This document shows, piece after piece, positions 9,951 through 19,569 of a stretch of DNA of 64,000 nt (position 1 is its first letter; every line of letters begins with the position of its first letter). Source of the stretch: Acidimicrobiaceae bacterium. Its GTDB lineage: Bacteria; Actinomycetota; Acidimicrobiia; Acidimicrobiales; Ilumatobacteraceae. Location of the stretch: NCBI GenBank assembly GCA_947450115.1, contig CANFUE010000010.1, positions 2,101 through 66,100 on the forward strand. The letters are read 5' to 3'. A program made the translations under genes and the position numbers. The notes below the pieces were generated by a model. That model was not told where the DNA came from and made no database searches. It was given only the letters and a program-made list of their open reading frames with translations.

Positions 9951-11270
9951 GTGCTGTCGAACCTGAAGAACATCTTCAAGGTCGCTGACCTGCGCAACAA
10001 AATCATCTTCACACTTTTTATTGTGATGGTGTACCGATTCGGTGTTGCATTGCGAGTTCCCGGTGTCGATGCAGGTGCCGTGCGGCAATTGCGTGAAGCG
10101 GCAAAGTCACAAGGAGCCCTCGGCTTTTTGAACTTATTTTCGGGCGGTGCCTTTGGGTCGTTCTCTATTTTCGCGTTGGGCATCATGCCGTACATCACTG
10201 CAAGCATCATCATGCAGGTGTTGCAGGTAGTTATTCCCAAACTTGAAGAGTGGCAACAAGAAGGCGCAACTGGCCAACGCAAAATTACTCAGTGGACTCG
10301 TTACGTAGCCATTGGTATTGCCACCTTGCAAGGTGCAGGTCTTACTTTTATTTTCGGACAAGGACGTGGTTCAGCATTCTTTGGTGCGGCAAACAAAGCA
10401 CCTGATGTTGTGTTGCTCGATCCGTTCATGCCACGTGCACTTTTGGTCATTCCATCATTGGTTGCAGGTACTGCATTTTTAATGTGGCTCGGTGAGCTCA
10501 TTAGCCAACGCGGAATTGGCAACGGAATGTCGATGATTATTTTTGCATCCATTGTGAGTGGATTGCCATATAGCTACTACTCCATTTTGCAGAGCAAGAA
10601 ATTTATTGTGTTCGCCATCCTCGTAGCAGCGTCTATTGGAATTCTGACCGCAGTTGTACGTGTAGAACTTGGGCAAAGACGAATACCTGTGCAGTTCGCT
10701 AAACGTGTAGTGGGAAGGCGTATGTATGGTGGTCAAAGCACATACATTCCGCTGAAGGTCAACCAAGCTGGTGTGGTTCCTATCATCTTTGCTTCTTCTA
10801 TTTTGTTACTTCCTGTGCTTTTGTCCAACATGTTGGGCAGCGCTGAAGGGTGGCGTGGAAGCATTGCAAAGTTTGTGAACGACTACTTGGTGAATAGCCA
10901 AAACATGTTGTACATCACGGTGTTTTTCACCTTCATCGTTGCTTTTGCTTATTTTTATAACTCCATCGCATTTGACCCCATTCGTCAGGCCGACCAGTTG
11001 CGCCGCCAGGGTGGATTCATTCCTGGTATTCGACCTGGTCCGCAAACGGAACGATTCTTTGCAAAAACAGTGAACCGCATCACATTGCCAGGCGCATTGT
11101 TCGTTGCATTCATCGCAATTCTCCCGTACATCATTTTGTGGGTCGGCAACGTCAAGTCATTCCCGTTTGCCGGCACAACCGTGCTCATTGCGGTAGGTGT
11201 TGCACTTGAACTGATGCGTCAAATCGATAGCCAATTGATGTTGCGTAATTACGAGGGCTTCTTGAAGTAG
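9951..11270 (+). CDS. secY: Preprotein translocase subunit SecY
   Basis: 439 aa, polytopic, with GIMPYITASII. GTG start 10 nt after an AAAGGAG. Confidence 0.96.
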   Translation: MLSNLKNIFKVADLRNKIIFTLFIVMVYRFGVALRVPGVDAGAVRQLREAAKSQGALGFLNLFSGGAFGSFSIFALGIMPYITASIIMQVLQVVIPKLEEWQQEGATGQRKITQWTRYVAIGIATLQGAGLTFIFGQGRGSAFFGAANKAPDVVLLDPFMPRALLVIPSLVAGTAFLMWLGELISQRGIGNGMSMIIFASIVSGLPYSYYSILQSKKFIVFAILVAASIGILTAVVRVELGQRRIPVQFAKRVVGRRMYGGQSTYIPLKVNQAGVVPIIFASSILLLPVLLSNMLGSAEGWRGSIAKFVNDYLVNSQNMLYITVFFTFIVAFAYFYNSIAFDPIRQADQLRRQGGFIPGIRPGPQTERFFAKTVNRITLPGALFVAFIAILPYIILWVGNVKSFPFAGTTVLIAVGVALELMRQIDSQLMLRNYEGFLK

Positions 11271-11317
11271 TGCTGCGGCATTGCTAAAAGGATTTCTGCA
11301 GGACACCTCGCAAGCTC

Positions 11318-11983
11318 ATGAGCAGCGGCATTCGCATCGTGTTACTTGGGCGCCAAGGCGCAGGTAAGGGAACTCAATGTTTACGTTTATCTCGGCATTA
11401 TGTCGTTCCGCATATTTCGACCGGAGACATGTTGCGCGCTGCAGTGCGTGAAGATTCTGCATTAGGACGCAGCGTTGAAAAAATTATTGGTGGTGGTGGT
11501 TTAGTGAGTGATGAACTCATCATCGAAGTAGTGCGTGATCGATTGAATAAAGCCGATACGCAACAACGTGGATACATTTTGGACGGCTTCCCGCGCACGG
11601 TGGTTCAGGCAGAAGCATTAGATGTCATCGCCGAAGAGCGCCCCTTGTTGGGTGCAGTTGATCTGGTGGTGCCGCGAGACCTCGTATTAAGCAGGCTCTC
11701 GGCGCGACGAGTGTGCCGTGACTGCGGGGCGAACTACACGGTGAGTGGGGTGGCGCGTTCGCCATGGAGCTGTGACACCTGTGGAGGCGACGTGGTACTG
11801 CGCGAAGATGACACTCCCGATGCCATTAATCGCCGCCTCGACCTCTATGAGAGCCAAACGGCTCCTTTGATCTCCTTTTATGGGGGAACCCACCGCCTCC
11901 ATGAGGTTGATGGGGTAGGGAGCCAAGATGAGGTGTTCGACCGTATTACGGCGGTCATCGACCAGGCCGGAGGCGGCTCATAG
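11318..11983 (+). CDS. adk: Adenylate kinase, zinc-lid type
   Basis: 221 aa with P-loop GRQGAGKGTQ and lid cysteines CRDC...CDTC. The 3' half is markedly GC-richer than the 5' half. Confidence 0.95.
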   Translation: MSSGIRIVLLGRQGAGKGTQCLRLSRHYVVPHISTGDMLRAAVREDSALGRSVEKIIGGGGLVSDELIIEVVRDRLNKADTQQRGYILDGFPRTVVQAEALDVIAEERPLLGAVDLVVPRDLVLSRLSARRVCRDCGANYTVSGVARSPWSCDTCGGDVVLREDDTPDAINRRLDLYESQTAPLISFYGGTHRLHEVDGVGSQDEVFDRITAVIDQAGGGS

Positions 11984-12161
11984 GCACGCCAAAGATAATT
12001 TGGGCGGAACCGTAGCAAATCTGCCTAGGCCATTGGCGTTTTTCATGCCTACCGATAGCATTTCACTTCGCCCCTGTTAGCCGTCATGGTTGATGGGCGG
12101 CATTGTAAGTCTCAATATTCATCCGTCAGTTCATAATTCTGTCCGTCTTAAGGAGTCTCTT

Positions 12162-12386
12162 CTGGCAAAACCAAAGGAAGATGCGATCGTGCTCGAGGGC
12201 ACTATCACCGAGTCGTTACCCAATGCGATGTTTCGTGTTGAGCTCGAAAACGGTCATCAAGTCCTCGCGCATATCTCCGGAAAAATGCGTATGCATTACA
12301 TCCGAATTCTTCCCGGCGACAAAGTGCAAGTAGAGCTCACCCCCTACGACCTCACCCGTGGTCGTATCACCTACCGATTTAAGTGA
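12162..12386 (+). CDS. infA: Translation initiation factor IF-1, probably starting at CTG
   Basis: The ORF-track frame gives 98 aa, but the IF-1 fold ([14 protein letters not shown]...RGRITYRFK, 74 aa) begins at CTG 12162. That codon lies 6 nt after a perfect AAGGAG (12150-12155). The upstream ATG 12093 has no SD. Confidence 0.8.
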   Translation: MAKPKEDAIVLEGTITESLPNAMFRVELENGHQVLAHISGKMRMHYIRILPGDKVQVELTPYDLTRGRITYRFK

Positions 12387-12393
12387 GAAGGCC

Positions 12394-12507
12394 ATGAAGG
12401 TCCGTCCAAGTGTTAAAAAAATTTGTGAAAAATGCAAAGTCATCCGTCGCCACGGCAACGTGATGGTCATTTGCGAAAATCCGCGACACAAGCAGCGCCA
12501 GGGCTGA
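12394..12507 (+). CDS. rpmJ: 50S ribosomal protein bL36, zinc-ribbon type
   Basis: Hand-translated 37 aa: [37 protein letters not shown]. Too short for the ORF track. In conserved infA-rpmJ-rpsM position. Confidence 0.92.
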   Translation: MKVRPSVKKICEKCKVIRRHGNVMVICENPRHKQRQG

Positions 12508-12533
12508 CCCCAGGCAATTCAAAAGGAAAAATG

Positions 12534-12914
12534 ATGGCTCGTATTTCAGGCGTCGACATCCCGCGCGAGAAGCGGTTGGAGATTGCACTCACCTATATCT
12601 TTGGCGTTGGTCGTTCAACCTCGCTCAAGATGTGCAAAGAACTTGACCTCAATCACAACACACGTGTTCGTGACCTCACCGAGGAAGAAGTCAACCGTAT
12701 TCGTGGTTTTATCGATGCGAAGTTAGTTGTAGAAGGCGACCTTCGTCGCGATGTACAACAAGACATCAAGCGCAAAATCGAAATTGGCAGCTACCAAGGT
12801 ATTCGCCATCGTAAAGGTCTGCCAGTACATGGTCAGCGCACGCACACCAATGCGCGCACACGTAAAGGTCCTAAGAAAACAGTCGCCAATAAGAAAAAGG
12901 CAGCGAGGAAGTAA
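12534..12914 (+). CDS. rpsM: 30S ribosomal protein uS13
   Basis: [10 protein letters not shown] start after AAAGGA. The longer 12432 start overlaps rpmJ and was discarded. Confidence 0.95.
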   Translation: MARISGVDIPREKRLEIALTYIFGVGRSTSLKMCKELDLNHNTRVRDLTEEEVNRIRGFIDAKLVVEGDLRRDVQQDIKRKIEIGSYQGIRHRKGLPVHGQRTHTNARTRKGPKKTVANKKKAARK

Positions 12915-13312
12915 TGGCTAAGCCAGCAGCAGGTGGACGTCGTCCACGTAAGCGCGAACGCAAAAACGTCTCAACCGGCGTTGTTCATATCAAGAGTTCT
13001 TTCAACAACACCATCGTGTCCATTACCGACACGCAGGGCAATGTCATCTCGTGGGCATCTTCTGGTGCAGTTGGTTTCAAAGGTTCACGTAAGTCCACAC
13101 CTTTCGCTGCACAAATGGCAGCGGAAAAAGCTGGCAAGGCTGCAATGGAGCATGGTCTTCGTCGCGCTGAAGTACATGTAAAAGGCCCAGGCTCCGGACG
13201 CGACACTGCATTGCGTTCGATTCAGAACCTTGGTATCGAAGTTTCAGGAATTAAAGATGTCACCCCGGTTCCACACAATGGATGCCGTCAGCCAAAGCGT
13301 CGGAGGGCATAA
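12914..13312 (+). CDS. rpsK: 30S ribosomal protein uS11
   Basis: 132 aa with [17 protein letters not shown]. Confidence 0.96.
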   Translation: MAKPAAGGRRPRKRERKNVSTGVVHIKSSFNNTIVSITDTQGNVISWASSGAVGFKGSRKSTPFAAQMAAEKAGKAAMEHGLRRAEVHVKGPGSGRDTALRSIQNLGIEVSGIKDVTPVPHNGCRQPKRRRA

Positions 13313-13315
13313 CTC

Positions 13316-13933
13316 ATGGCTCGCTACACCGGACCAAAGGTGCGCATTTCGCGCCGCCTCAATGTCAACATTTTCGAAAATGAAAAAGGAAGCAAAGCTC
13401 TCGAGCGTCGTCCTTTTCCACCAGGCCAGCACGGCCGCACCCGCCGTCGTGGTGCAGGCAGCGAATACCTAGCTCAGTTGCAAGAAAAGCAAAAAGCTAA
13501 GTACATCTACGGCTTACTTGAACGTCAATTCCGCAAAACCTATGAAGAGGCAAACCGTCTTGCTGGGCCAACAGGCGAAAACTTGTTGCGACTACTTGAA
13601 CAGCGCCTCGACAACATTGTGTACCGCGCAGGTTGGGCAAGTACTCGCCCACAAGCACGTCAATTCGTTAACCACGGACTCATCAACGTCAATGGCAAGC
13701 GCGTCGACATTGCGTCGTTCACAGTGAAAAAAGGCATGGTTATCAGCCTCAGTGAAAAAGCTCGCAACATGATTGTTATTCAGCACAACATTGACGTCCT
13801 TGATCGGTCGGTTATTGGTTGGCTGGAAACCGGTGATGGTGGCAAGCAAGTAACAGTGCGCGACCTGCCACAACGCGAACATATCGATGTCCCCGTCCGC
13901 GAACAACTCATCGTTGAGTTGTACTCGAAGTAA
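13316..13933 (+). CDS. rpsD: 30S ribosomal protein uS4
   Basis: 205 aa with MARYTGPKVRISRRL start and an S4 RNA-binding domain. Confidence 0.96.
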   Translation: MARYTGPKVRISRRLNVNIFENEKGSKALERRPFPPGQHGRTRRRGAGSEYLAQLQEKQKAKYIYGLLERQFRKTYEEANRLAGPTGENLLRLLEQRLDNIVYRAGWASTRPQARQFVNHGLINVNGKRVDIASFTVKKGMVISLSEKARNMIVIQHNIDVLDRSVIGWLETGDGGKQVTVRDLPQREHIDVPVREQLIVELYSK

Positions 13934-13958
13934 ACCTCAGTAATTGAAGGAGAGCATC

Positions 13959-14891
13959 ATGCTCGTCATCCAACGTCCAACAATCGAAGCAATCGGAGAA
14001 CCCGAGAACAACCGCCAGCGTTTTGCTGTTGGTCCACTCGAGCCAGGCTTTGGTCATACCATCGGCAACTCACTTCGTCGTACGCTTTTGTCGTCCATCC
14101 CAGGTGCTGCCATTACTACGGTGCGTTTCGAAGCTGCTCTTCATGAGTTCGACACCATTGAAGGCATTGCTGAAGATGTCACTGAAATCATCTTGAACTT
14201 GAAAGACATCGTTGTGGTGTCTGAAAGTGATGAGCCAGTGGTTTTGCGCCTCGATATTAAAGGCCCAGCTGAAGTGAAGTCTGGCGACATCGTTTTGCCA
14301 ACTGGCATTGAAATCTTGAACAAAGATGTTCACATTGCTTCACTCAATGGAAAGGCACAACTCACTGTTGACCTCACCGTCGAGCGTGGACGTGGTTATG
14401 TTTCCAGCGACCGCGATTCAGAGAACCGCGTTATTGGCGTTGTTCCTATCGATGCTATTTTCTCACCTGTACGCCGTGTGATGTTCGACATCGAGCCAAC
14501 ACGCGTAGAGCAGTCAACAAACTACGAGCGCCTTGTGCTTGATATTGAAACCGATGGCAGCATCGAACCACGTGAGGCATTGTCTTCAGCAGGCGCAACT
14601 TTGCGTGCACTTGTCGACCTTGTTGCTAGCTTGTCCGATGAACCACAGGGTCTTGAACTCGGTGAAGTCATCGGCCACAACATCGGCTCACCAGACCTCG
14701 ATCTTGCAATTGAAGACCTCGATCTCTCAGAGCGTCCACGTAACTGCTTGAAGCGCGCACAGGTCAACACCATCGGCGAGTTGCTTATGAAGAGCTACGA
14801 CGATCTTTTGAATATCACCAACTTTGGGCAAAAGAGCCTTGACGAAGTAATCGCCAAGCTCGACGAGCGCGGGTTGACATTGCGCCCATAA
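13959..14891 (+). CDS. rpoA: DNA-directed RNA polymerase subunit alpha
   Basis: 310 aa from ATG 13959, preceded by AAGGAG. The ORF-track TTG 13944 lies inside the SD. GNSLRRTLLSSIPG motif. Confidence 0.96.
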   Translation: MLVIQRPTIEAIGEPENNRQRFAVGPLEPGFGHTIGNSLRRTLLSSIPGAAITTVRFEAALHEFDTIEGIAEDVTEIILNLKDIVVVSESDEPVVLRLDIKGPAEVKSGDIVLPTGIEILNKDVHIASLNGKAQLTVDLTVERGRGYVSSDRDSENRVIGVVPIDAIFSPVRRVMFDIEPTRVEQSTNYERLVLDIETDGSIEPREALSSAGATLRALVDLVASLSDEPQGLELGEVIGHNIGSPDLDLAIEDLDLSERPRNCLKRAQVNTIGELLMKSYDDLLNITNFGQKSLDEVIAKLDERGLTLRP

Positions 14892-14936
14892 GCGCAACGT
14901 TTCCATTAACAATCATTCGGTAATAAAGGACTAGTC

Positions 14937-15308
14937 ATGCCAGCAACACCACGTCGTTCAAAGCGCTTCGGCGGCAGCGCATCTCATCAGCGCCTTCTTT
15001 TGGCAAACCTTGCTGCATCGCTATTTGCAGCTGAGGGCATTGTTACTACAGAAGCAAAAGCTAAGGCTTTGCGCCCCATTGCAGAAAAGCTCATCACCAA
15101 AGCAAAAAAGGCTCAAGAAGAGTCACCAATGCGAGTTCACCGCATTCGTCAAATTCAGGGTTACCTCGGTGACAAAGAAATGACCAACAAGTTGGTCAAT
15201 GAAGTTGCCCCTCGTTATACGCAGCGCAATGGTGGCTACACACGCATTTTGAAGTTGGGCGAGCGCCACGGCGACAATGCTCCAATGGCGCGCATTGAAC
15301 TTGTGTAA
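14937..15308 (+). CDS. rplQ: 50S ribosomal protein bL17
   Basis: 123 aa with GGYTRILKLGERHGDNAPMARIEL. Confidence 0.95.
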   Translation: MPATPRRSKRFGGSASHQRLLLANLAASLFAAEGIVTTEAKAKALRPIAEKLITKAKKAQEESPMRVHRIRQIQGYLGDKEMTNKLVNEVAPRYTQRNGGYTRILKLGERHGDNAPMARIELV

Positions 15309-15341
15309 TGCATAAATAACCGTTTCGGTTGACAAAAAATC

Positions 15342-16133
15342 ATGAATACAAACACTGAGCCCGCCATTAGGCGGGCTCGTTTGTTAGTTGCCTACAACGG
15401 AGCTGCCTTTCATGGTTTTGCGTTGACTCCGGGAACTGTCACTGTTGCGCAAACGCTGAACGACACCATCGAGCAAATCATCGGTAGCCCAGTTGCAGTG
15501 CTTGGTGCGGGACGAACTGATGCTGGCGTGCACGCATGGGGGCAAGTGGTGCATGTAGATCTTGCCGATACGACAGAGCTCAGTCGGTTGGTTTTTAGCA
15601 TGAACTCGTTACTTGATCCCGACATTGTCATACGGGAATATGAATGGGTTCCACAAGAGTTTGACGCGCGGCATTCAGCTTTATGGCGCGAGTATCGCTA
15701 CACCATTTTGAATGCTCCGGTGAATAATCCATTTCTTGCTGCAACGAGTTGGCATATTCGCCGGCCGCTTTCGATGCCGCTGATGCAGCTAGCAACCGAT
15801 GCCCTCATTGGGCTCCATGATTTTTCATCGTTTTGTCGACAACCACAGCAGTCGGGTGTGAACCGTAACGTTGATGGTCCATCGATGATGCGTCGGGTGC
15901 ATCAAGCACAATGGCACGACTCGGGCAATGGAACTCTCACATTTGATATTCGGGCAAATGCTTTTTGCCATCAGATGGTGCGATCCATTGTTGGAACACT
16001 TGTTGACGTTGGGCTCGGTCGTCGCAAGGCCGGAGAAATGTCTGGTGTGTTGCGCGCAATGAGCCGGTTAAATACGCCTCATATTGCTCCTCCTCAAGGG
16101 CTGTGCTTAATGGACGTAGGTTATCCATCGTGA
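15342..16133 (+). CDS. truA: tRNA pseudouridine(38-40) synthase
   Basis: 263 aa with GAGRTDAGVHA containing the catalytic Asp. Conserved position after rplQ. Confidence 0.92.
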   Translation: MNTNTEPAIRRARLLVAYNGAAFHGFALTPGTVTVAQTLNDTIEQIIGSPVAVLGAGRTDAGVHAWGQVVHVDLADTTELSRLVFSMNSLLDPDIVIREYEWVPQEFDARHSALWREYRYTILNAPVNNPFLAATSWHIRRPLSMPLMQLATDALIGLHDFSSFCRQPQQSGVNRNVDGPSMMRRVHQAQWHDSGNGTLTFDIRANAFCHQMVRSIVGTLVDVGLGRRKAGEMSGVLRAMSRLNTPHIAPPQGLCLMDVGYPS

Positions 16134-17218
16134 ACTCGCTGAGAATCCTCATTGGCTCTACGCCAGTTGGCCCGTTGGGTTCTGGAATTGGTGGGGGAGT
16201 TGAACTCACGTTGCACAACTTGGTTTTGGGTCTCAGTGCTCGCGGACATTCTGTTGAAGTCATGGCACCAGAGAACTCGCTTCATGTTGGACAACACACA
16301 CATCACATTGCAGGAACATTGCAACCACTAGGGCATCTTGCACAACGTAATGAAGCAATTTGTATTCCACCACATTCAGTGCTGGCAAATATGTGGGCCT
16401 TTGCTCGTGAGCAGCAACATCGATTCGATGTCATTGTGAATCTTGCTTACGACTGGTTGCCAATGTACATCAGCAATACATTTCAAGTACCCATTGCGCA
16501 TTTAGTTTCCATGGCATCAATTACCGACGCAATGGATGATGCCATTAATGAGCGATTGTTGAACGCTCCCTTTTCGGTAGCAATGCATAGCAATGCCCAA
16601 GCTGAGACGTTTGCATTAGGCCACCAAGCGCGCATCATTGGAAGTGGTGTGGCGGTGGAACGTTACGACTTTGTTGAACACGTGACAGATAATGCTCCTT
16701 TAGGGTTCATCGGGCGGGTGTCACCCGAAAAAGGAATACTGGATCTTTTTCAGATTGCTTCTGTGACGAAAAGACATGTCAAGGTGTGGGGCCTCATGCA
16801 AGACACCTTGTGCTGGGAAGAAGCGCGACGTGCGTATCCCACCGCCAAAGTCACCTATGAAGGGTTTTTGCCGACCGATCAACTGCAGGCTGAGGTGGGT
16901 CAATGTGCTGCTGTGCTCATGACCTCCAAATGGGTCGAGGCTTTTGGCAATGTTGCAATCGAGGCAATGGCCTGCGGGGTCCCTGTGGTGTCGTACCGCA
17001 GGGGTGGCCCGAGCGAGGTCATCCACCATGGGGAAACGGGATATTTAGTGGAGCCAGACGATATCGCTGGGCTGGTGGCGGCGCTGAAGGACGTACCAGC
17101 CCTCTCCCGCCAGAATTGCCGTACCCATGTGGAAAAGGAGTTTTCTACCAATGCCTTCGCGCTGCGCAGCGAAATGTGGTTGCGGGAGGCCGTGCGACAG
17201 TTTCATGCGGTTTCATGA
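16130..17218 (+). CDS. Glycosyltransferase, GT-B fold (GT4-like)
   Basis: EAFGNVAIEAMACGVPVV...GGPSEVIHHGETGYLV (E-x7-E region). GTG 16130 overlaps the truA stop (GTGA). GTG 16103 is an alternative start. Confidence 0.75.
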   Translation: MNSLRILIGSTPVGPLGSGIGGGVELTLHNLVLGLSARGHSVEVMAPENSLHVGQHTHHIAGTLQPLGHLAQRNEAICIPPHSVLANMWAFAREQQHRFDVIVNLAYDWLPMYISNTFQVPIAHLVSMASITDAMDDAINERLLNAPFSVAMHSNAQAETFALGHQARIIGSGVAVERYDFVEHVTDNAPLGFIGRVSPEKGILDLFQIASVTKRHVKVWGLMQDTLCWEEARRAYPTAKVTYEGFLPTDQLQAEVGQCAAVLMTSKWVEAFGNVAIEAMACGVPVVSYRRGGPSEVIHHGETGYLVEPDDIAGLVAALKDVPALSRQNCRTHVEKEFSTNAFALRSEMWLREAVRQFHAVS

Positions 17219-17334
17219 GGGCAGATTGCCGAATTGGGTCGAACGCCCCTATCCTTTAACAGCCCCGATCTGTCAGGTTCGGTGGCCATCGACAAGGCTT
17301 CTTTGAGGCTCAGAAAGAAAAACGAAGTACAACA

Positions 17335-17781
17335 ATGCGTACATATTCTCCCAAAGCATCTGAAATCACACGCGCTTGGCACGTCATCGACGCTGAAGGC
17401 ATGGTCCTTGGTCGTATTTGCACTGAAGCTGCTCGCTTGCTGCGCGGCAAGCACAAAACAACTTTCGCTCCCCACATCGACACTGGTGATCACGTCATCA
17501 TTATCAACGTCGACAAGGTTGTTCTGACATCGGGTAAAGCCGACAAAGAAATGTTCTATCGCTACAGCGGCTACCCAGGTGGTTTGAAGAGCGAAACCTA
17601 TGCACAGTTGTTGGGTCGCAAGCCTGCCGAAGCTGTTCGTTTGTCTATTAAAGGTATGTTGCCAAAGGGACCACTTGGTCGTCAGCAAATGACAAAGCTC
17701 AAGGTCTATGCCGGTGCAGAACACCCACATACTGCACAAGCACCAACTCCTATTGTTTTTGCTCACGCAAAAGCTCGTTAA
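17335..17781 (+). CDS. rplM: 50S ribosomal protein uL13
   Basis: 148 aa with the W(H)VIDAEG..LGR signature. Confidence 0.96.
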   Translation: MRTYSPKASEITRAWHVIDAEGMVLGRICTEAARLLRGKHKTTFAPHIDTGDHVIIINVDKVVLTSGKADKEMFYRYSGYPGGLKSETYAQLLGRKPAEAVRLSIKGMLPKGPLGRQQMTKLKVYAGAEHPHTAQAPTPIVFAHAKAR

Positions 17782-17823
17782 TTTTTCGTCCGTTTCACTC
17801 GCACTCGTATCAAAGGAATCACT

Positions 17824-18219
17824 GTGGCAACAAAGCCTCTTACTCAAACAACTGGTCGTCGTAAAGAAGCTGTGGCTCGCGCCCGTTTGCGTTCTGGTAC
17901 CGGTGTAGTAACAGTTAATGGTCGTGCATTTGAAGATTATTTCCCTATGGCAACTCAGCGCATGGTTGTTGTTGAAGCGCTTCGTGTAACGAATGCAGAA
18001 ACAACATACGATGTTGATGCAACAATGCACGGTGGTGGCGTCAATGGCCAAGCCGGTGCATTGCGCATGGCAATTGCCCGTTCACTCATTGAACTCGATG
18101 AGGAACTGCGTCCAGCGTTGAAAAAAGCAGGGCTGCTTACTCGCGACTCGCGTCGCAAGGAAAGCAAGAAGTACGGCCTCAAGAAGGCACGTAAAGCCCC
18201 TCAGTTCACCAAGCGCTAA
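17824..18219 (+). CDS. rpsI: 30S ribosomal protein uS9
   Basis: 131 aa with GGGVNGQAGALRMAIARSL and the tail KARKAPQFTKR. Confidence 0.96.
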   Translation: MATKPLTQTTGRRKEAVARARLRSGTGVVTVNGRAFEDYFPMATQRMVVVEALRVTNAETTYDVDATMHGGGVNGQAGALRMAIARSLIELDEELRPALKKAGLLTRDSRRKESKKYGLKKARKAPQFTKR

Positions 18220-18225
18220 AGACCT

Positions 18226-19560
18226 TTGCTGCGGTTCGGCACCGACGGAGTACGTGGCGTTGCACTTCGCGACATCACCACTCATGCCGTTCAGTTATAT
18301 GCTCGCGCCGCTGCGCGTGAACTTCGTTGCTCTCTTATTGTCCTCGGCTTCGATACCCGTGAATCAAGTGAGCAACTTGCCCGCGCTGTAGAGGCTGGTT
18401 TCATTGCAGAAGGTGTGGAGGTTTTGTGGGCAGGGATGTGCCCCACGCCAACGATTGCCTTTTTCGCTGAACATTGTCAAGCAGGGGCTGCTGTCATTAC
18501 TGCCTCACACAACCCGTATTCAGATAACGGGTTGAAGTTTTTTGGCGAAGGTGGAATCAAGCTTTCTGATGAACAAGAGTCGCGCATTCAAAAAACTTAT
18601 GAGTTGCTTGTACAAAGCGAAACTGCCGAAGTTGCCAATAGTGGTGTTGGGGAAGTCGCGCTAGACCTCGATGCATACTGCGCACATATATCTGCCTCAG
18701 TTGTAGGGGTCGATACCAAGATCAAAGTTGTTATTGATTGTGCAAATGGTGCCATGAGCGAAGTGGCACCACAAGTATTTAAAAAACTTGGCGTTACCCC
18801 GAGCTTTATTCACTGCACGCCTAATGGAAAAAATATTAACGAATCTTGTGGTGCAGCCCACCCCGAGTCGTTAGTGAAAGAAGTAATTCGCAGCAAGGCA
18901 GATCTGGGAATTGCATTTGATGGCGATGGCGACCGCATCATTGCAGTCGATGGAAATGGTGAAGTAGTAAATGGCGATCAACTCATTGCGCTCTTCGCGC
19001 TGCAACTCAAAGCGCGTAACAGCCTTGCAAACAACACGGTTGCAGTAACAGTCATGACCAATATGGGTTTTCATATTGCCATGCAAAACGCGGGCATCAA
19101 TGTGGTCACTACACCTGTAGGTGATCGATCAATCTTGCTTGCACTTCACGAAGCAAAAGCTTGTTTGGGCGGTGAACAAAGTGGCCACATTATTTTTACG
19201 CAACATGCAACCACGGGCGATGGTTTACTGGCCGCCGTTCAACTTCTTTCGGTACTTCATTCTCGGCAACAAAGTTTGCACGAGGCATCGCAAGAGGTAA
19301 TGACATCACTTCCACAAGTGCTCATCAATGTCTCTATCCAGGGTGGCGCTCAACCGCAAGATCTGTTAACAAAGCATCATGCAGCGATTTCCGAGGTGGA
19401 GAAGCTATTAGGTGGAAAGGGACGTGTTTTGGTGCGGCCCAGTGGAACAGAACCACTCATCCGCGTCATGGTGGAGGCGGAAACATCTGCAGAGGCTAAA
19501 AAATATGCAGAGCAAATTGCTCAAATATTAAGCCCCTCTGCCCCAGCGCAGGGCAGGTAA
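18226..19560 (+). CDS. glmM: Phosphoglucosamine mutase
   Basis: 444 aa. TTG start gives MLRFGTDGVRG. Active-site TASHNPYSDNG and FDGDGDR motifs. Confidence 0.93.
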   Translation: MLRFGTDGVRGVALRDITTHAVQLYARAAARELRCSLIVLGFDTRESSEQLARAVEAGFIAEGVEVLWAGMCPTPTIAFFAEHCQAGAAVITASHNPYSDNGLKFFGEGGIKLSDEQESRIQKTYELLVQSETAEVANSGVGEVALDLDAYCAHISASVVGVDTKIKVVIDCANGAMSEVAPQVFKKLGVTPSFIHCTPNGKNINESCGAAHPESLVKEVIRSKADLGIAFDGDGDRIIAVDGNGEVVNGDQLIALFALQLKARNSLANNTVAVTVMTNMGFHIAMQNAGINVVTTPVGDRSILLALHEAKACLGGEQSGHIIFTQHATTGDGLLAAVQLLSVLHSRQQSLHEASQEVMTSLPQVLINVSIQGGAQPQDLLTKHHAAISEVEKLLGGKGRVLVRPSGTEPLIRVMVEAETSAEAKKYAEQIAQILSPSAPAQGR

Positions 19561-19569
19561 AGTACAACC

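Noticed and set aside
11984-12161. Possible degraded map pseudogene in the adk-infA spacer
   Set aside because: The spacer is too short (178 nt) and reading the three forward frames shows no aminopeptidase-like peptide. I treat it as absence, not as a pseudogene.
12432-12533. N-terminal 34-aa extension of the rpsM ORF-track frame
   Set aside because: It overlaps the genuine bL36 gene in another frame. uS13 universally begins MARIAGV-like, which here is at 12534 behind an SD.
15309-15341. Small hairpin AACCG-TTT-CGGTT after rplQ as a terminator
   Set aside because: The stem is only 5 bp and is followed by an A-run rather than a T-run on the coding strand. truA starts 33 nt after rplQ, so read-through is more likely.
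19561-19569. glmS ribozyme upstream of the GlmS-like gene
   Set aside because: Only 9 nt separate it from glmM, leaving no room for a ribozyme.
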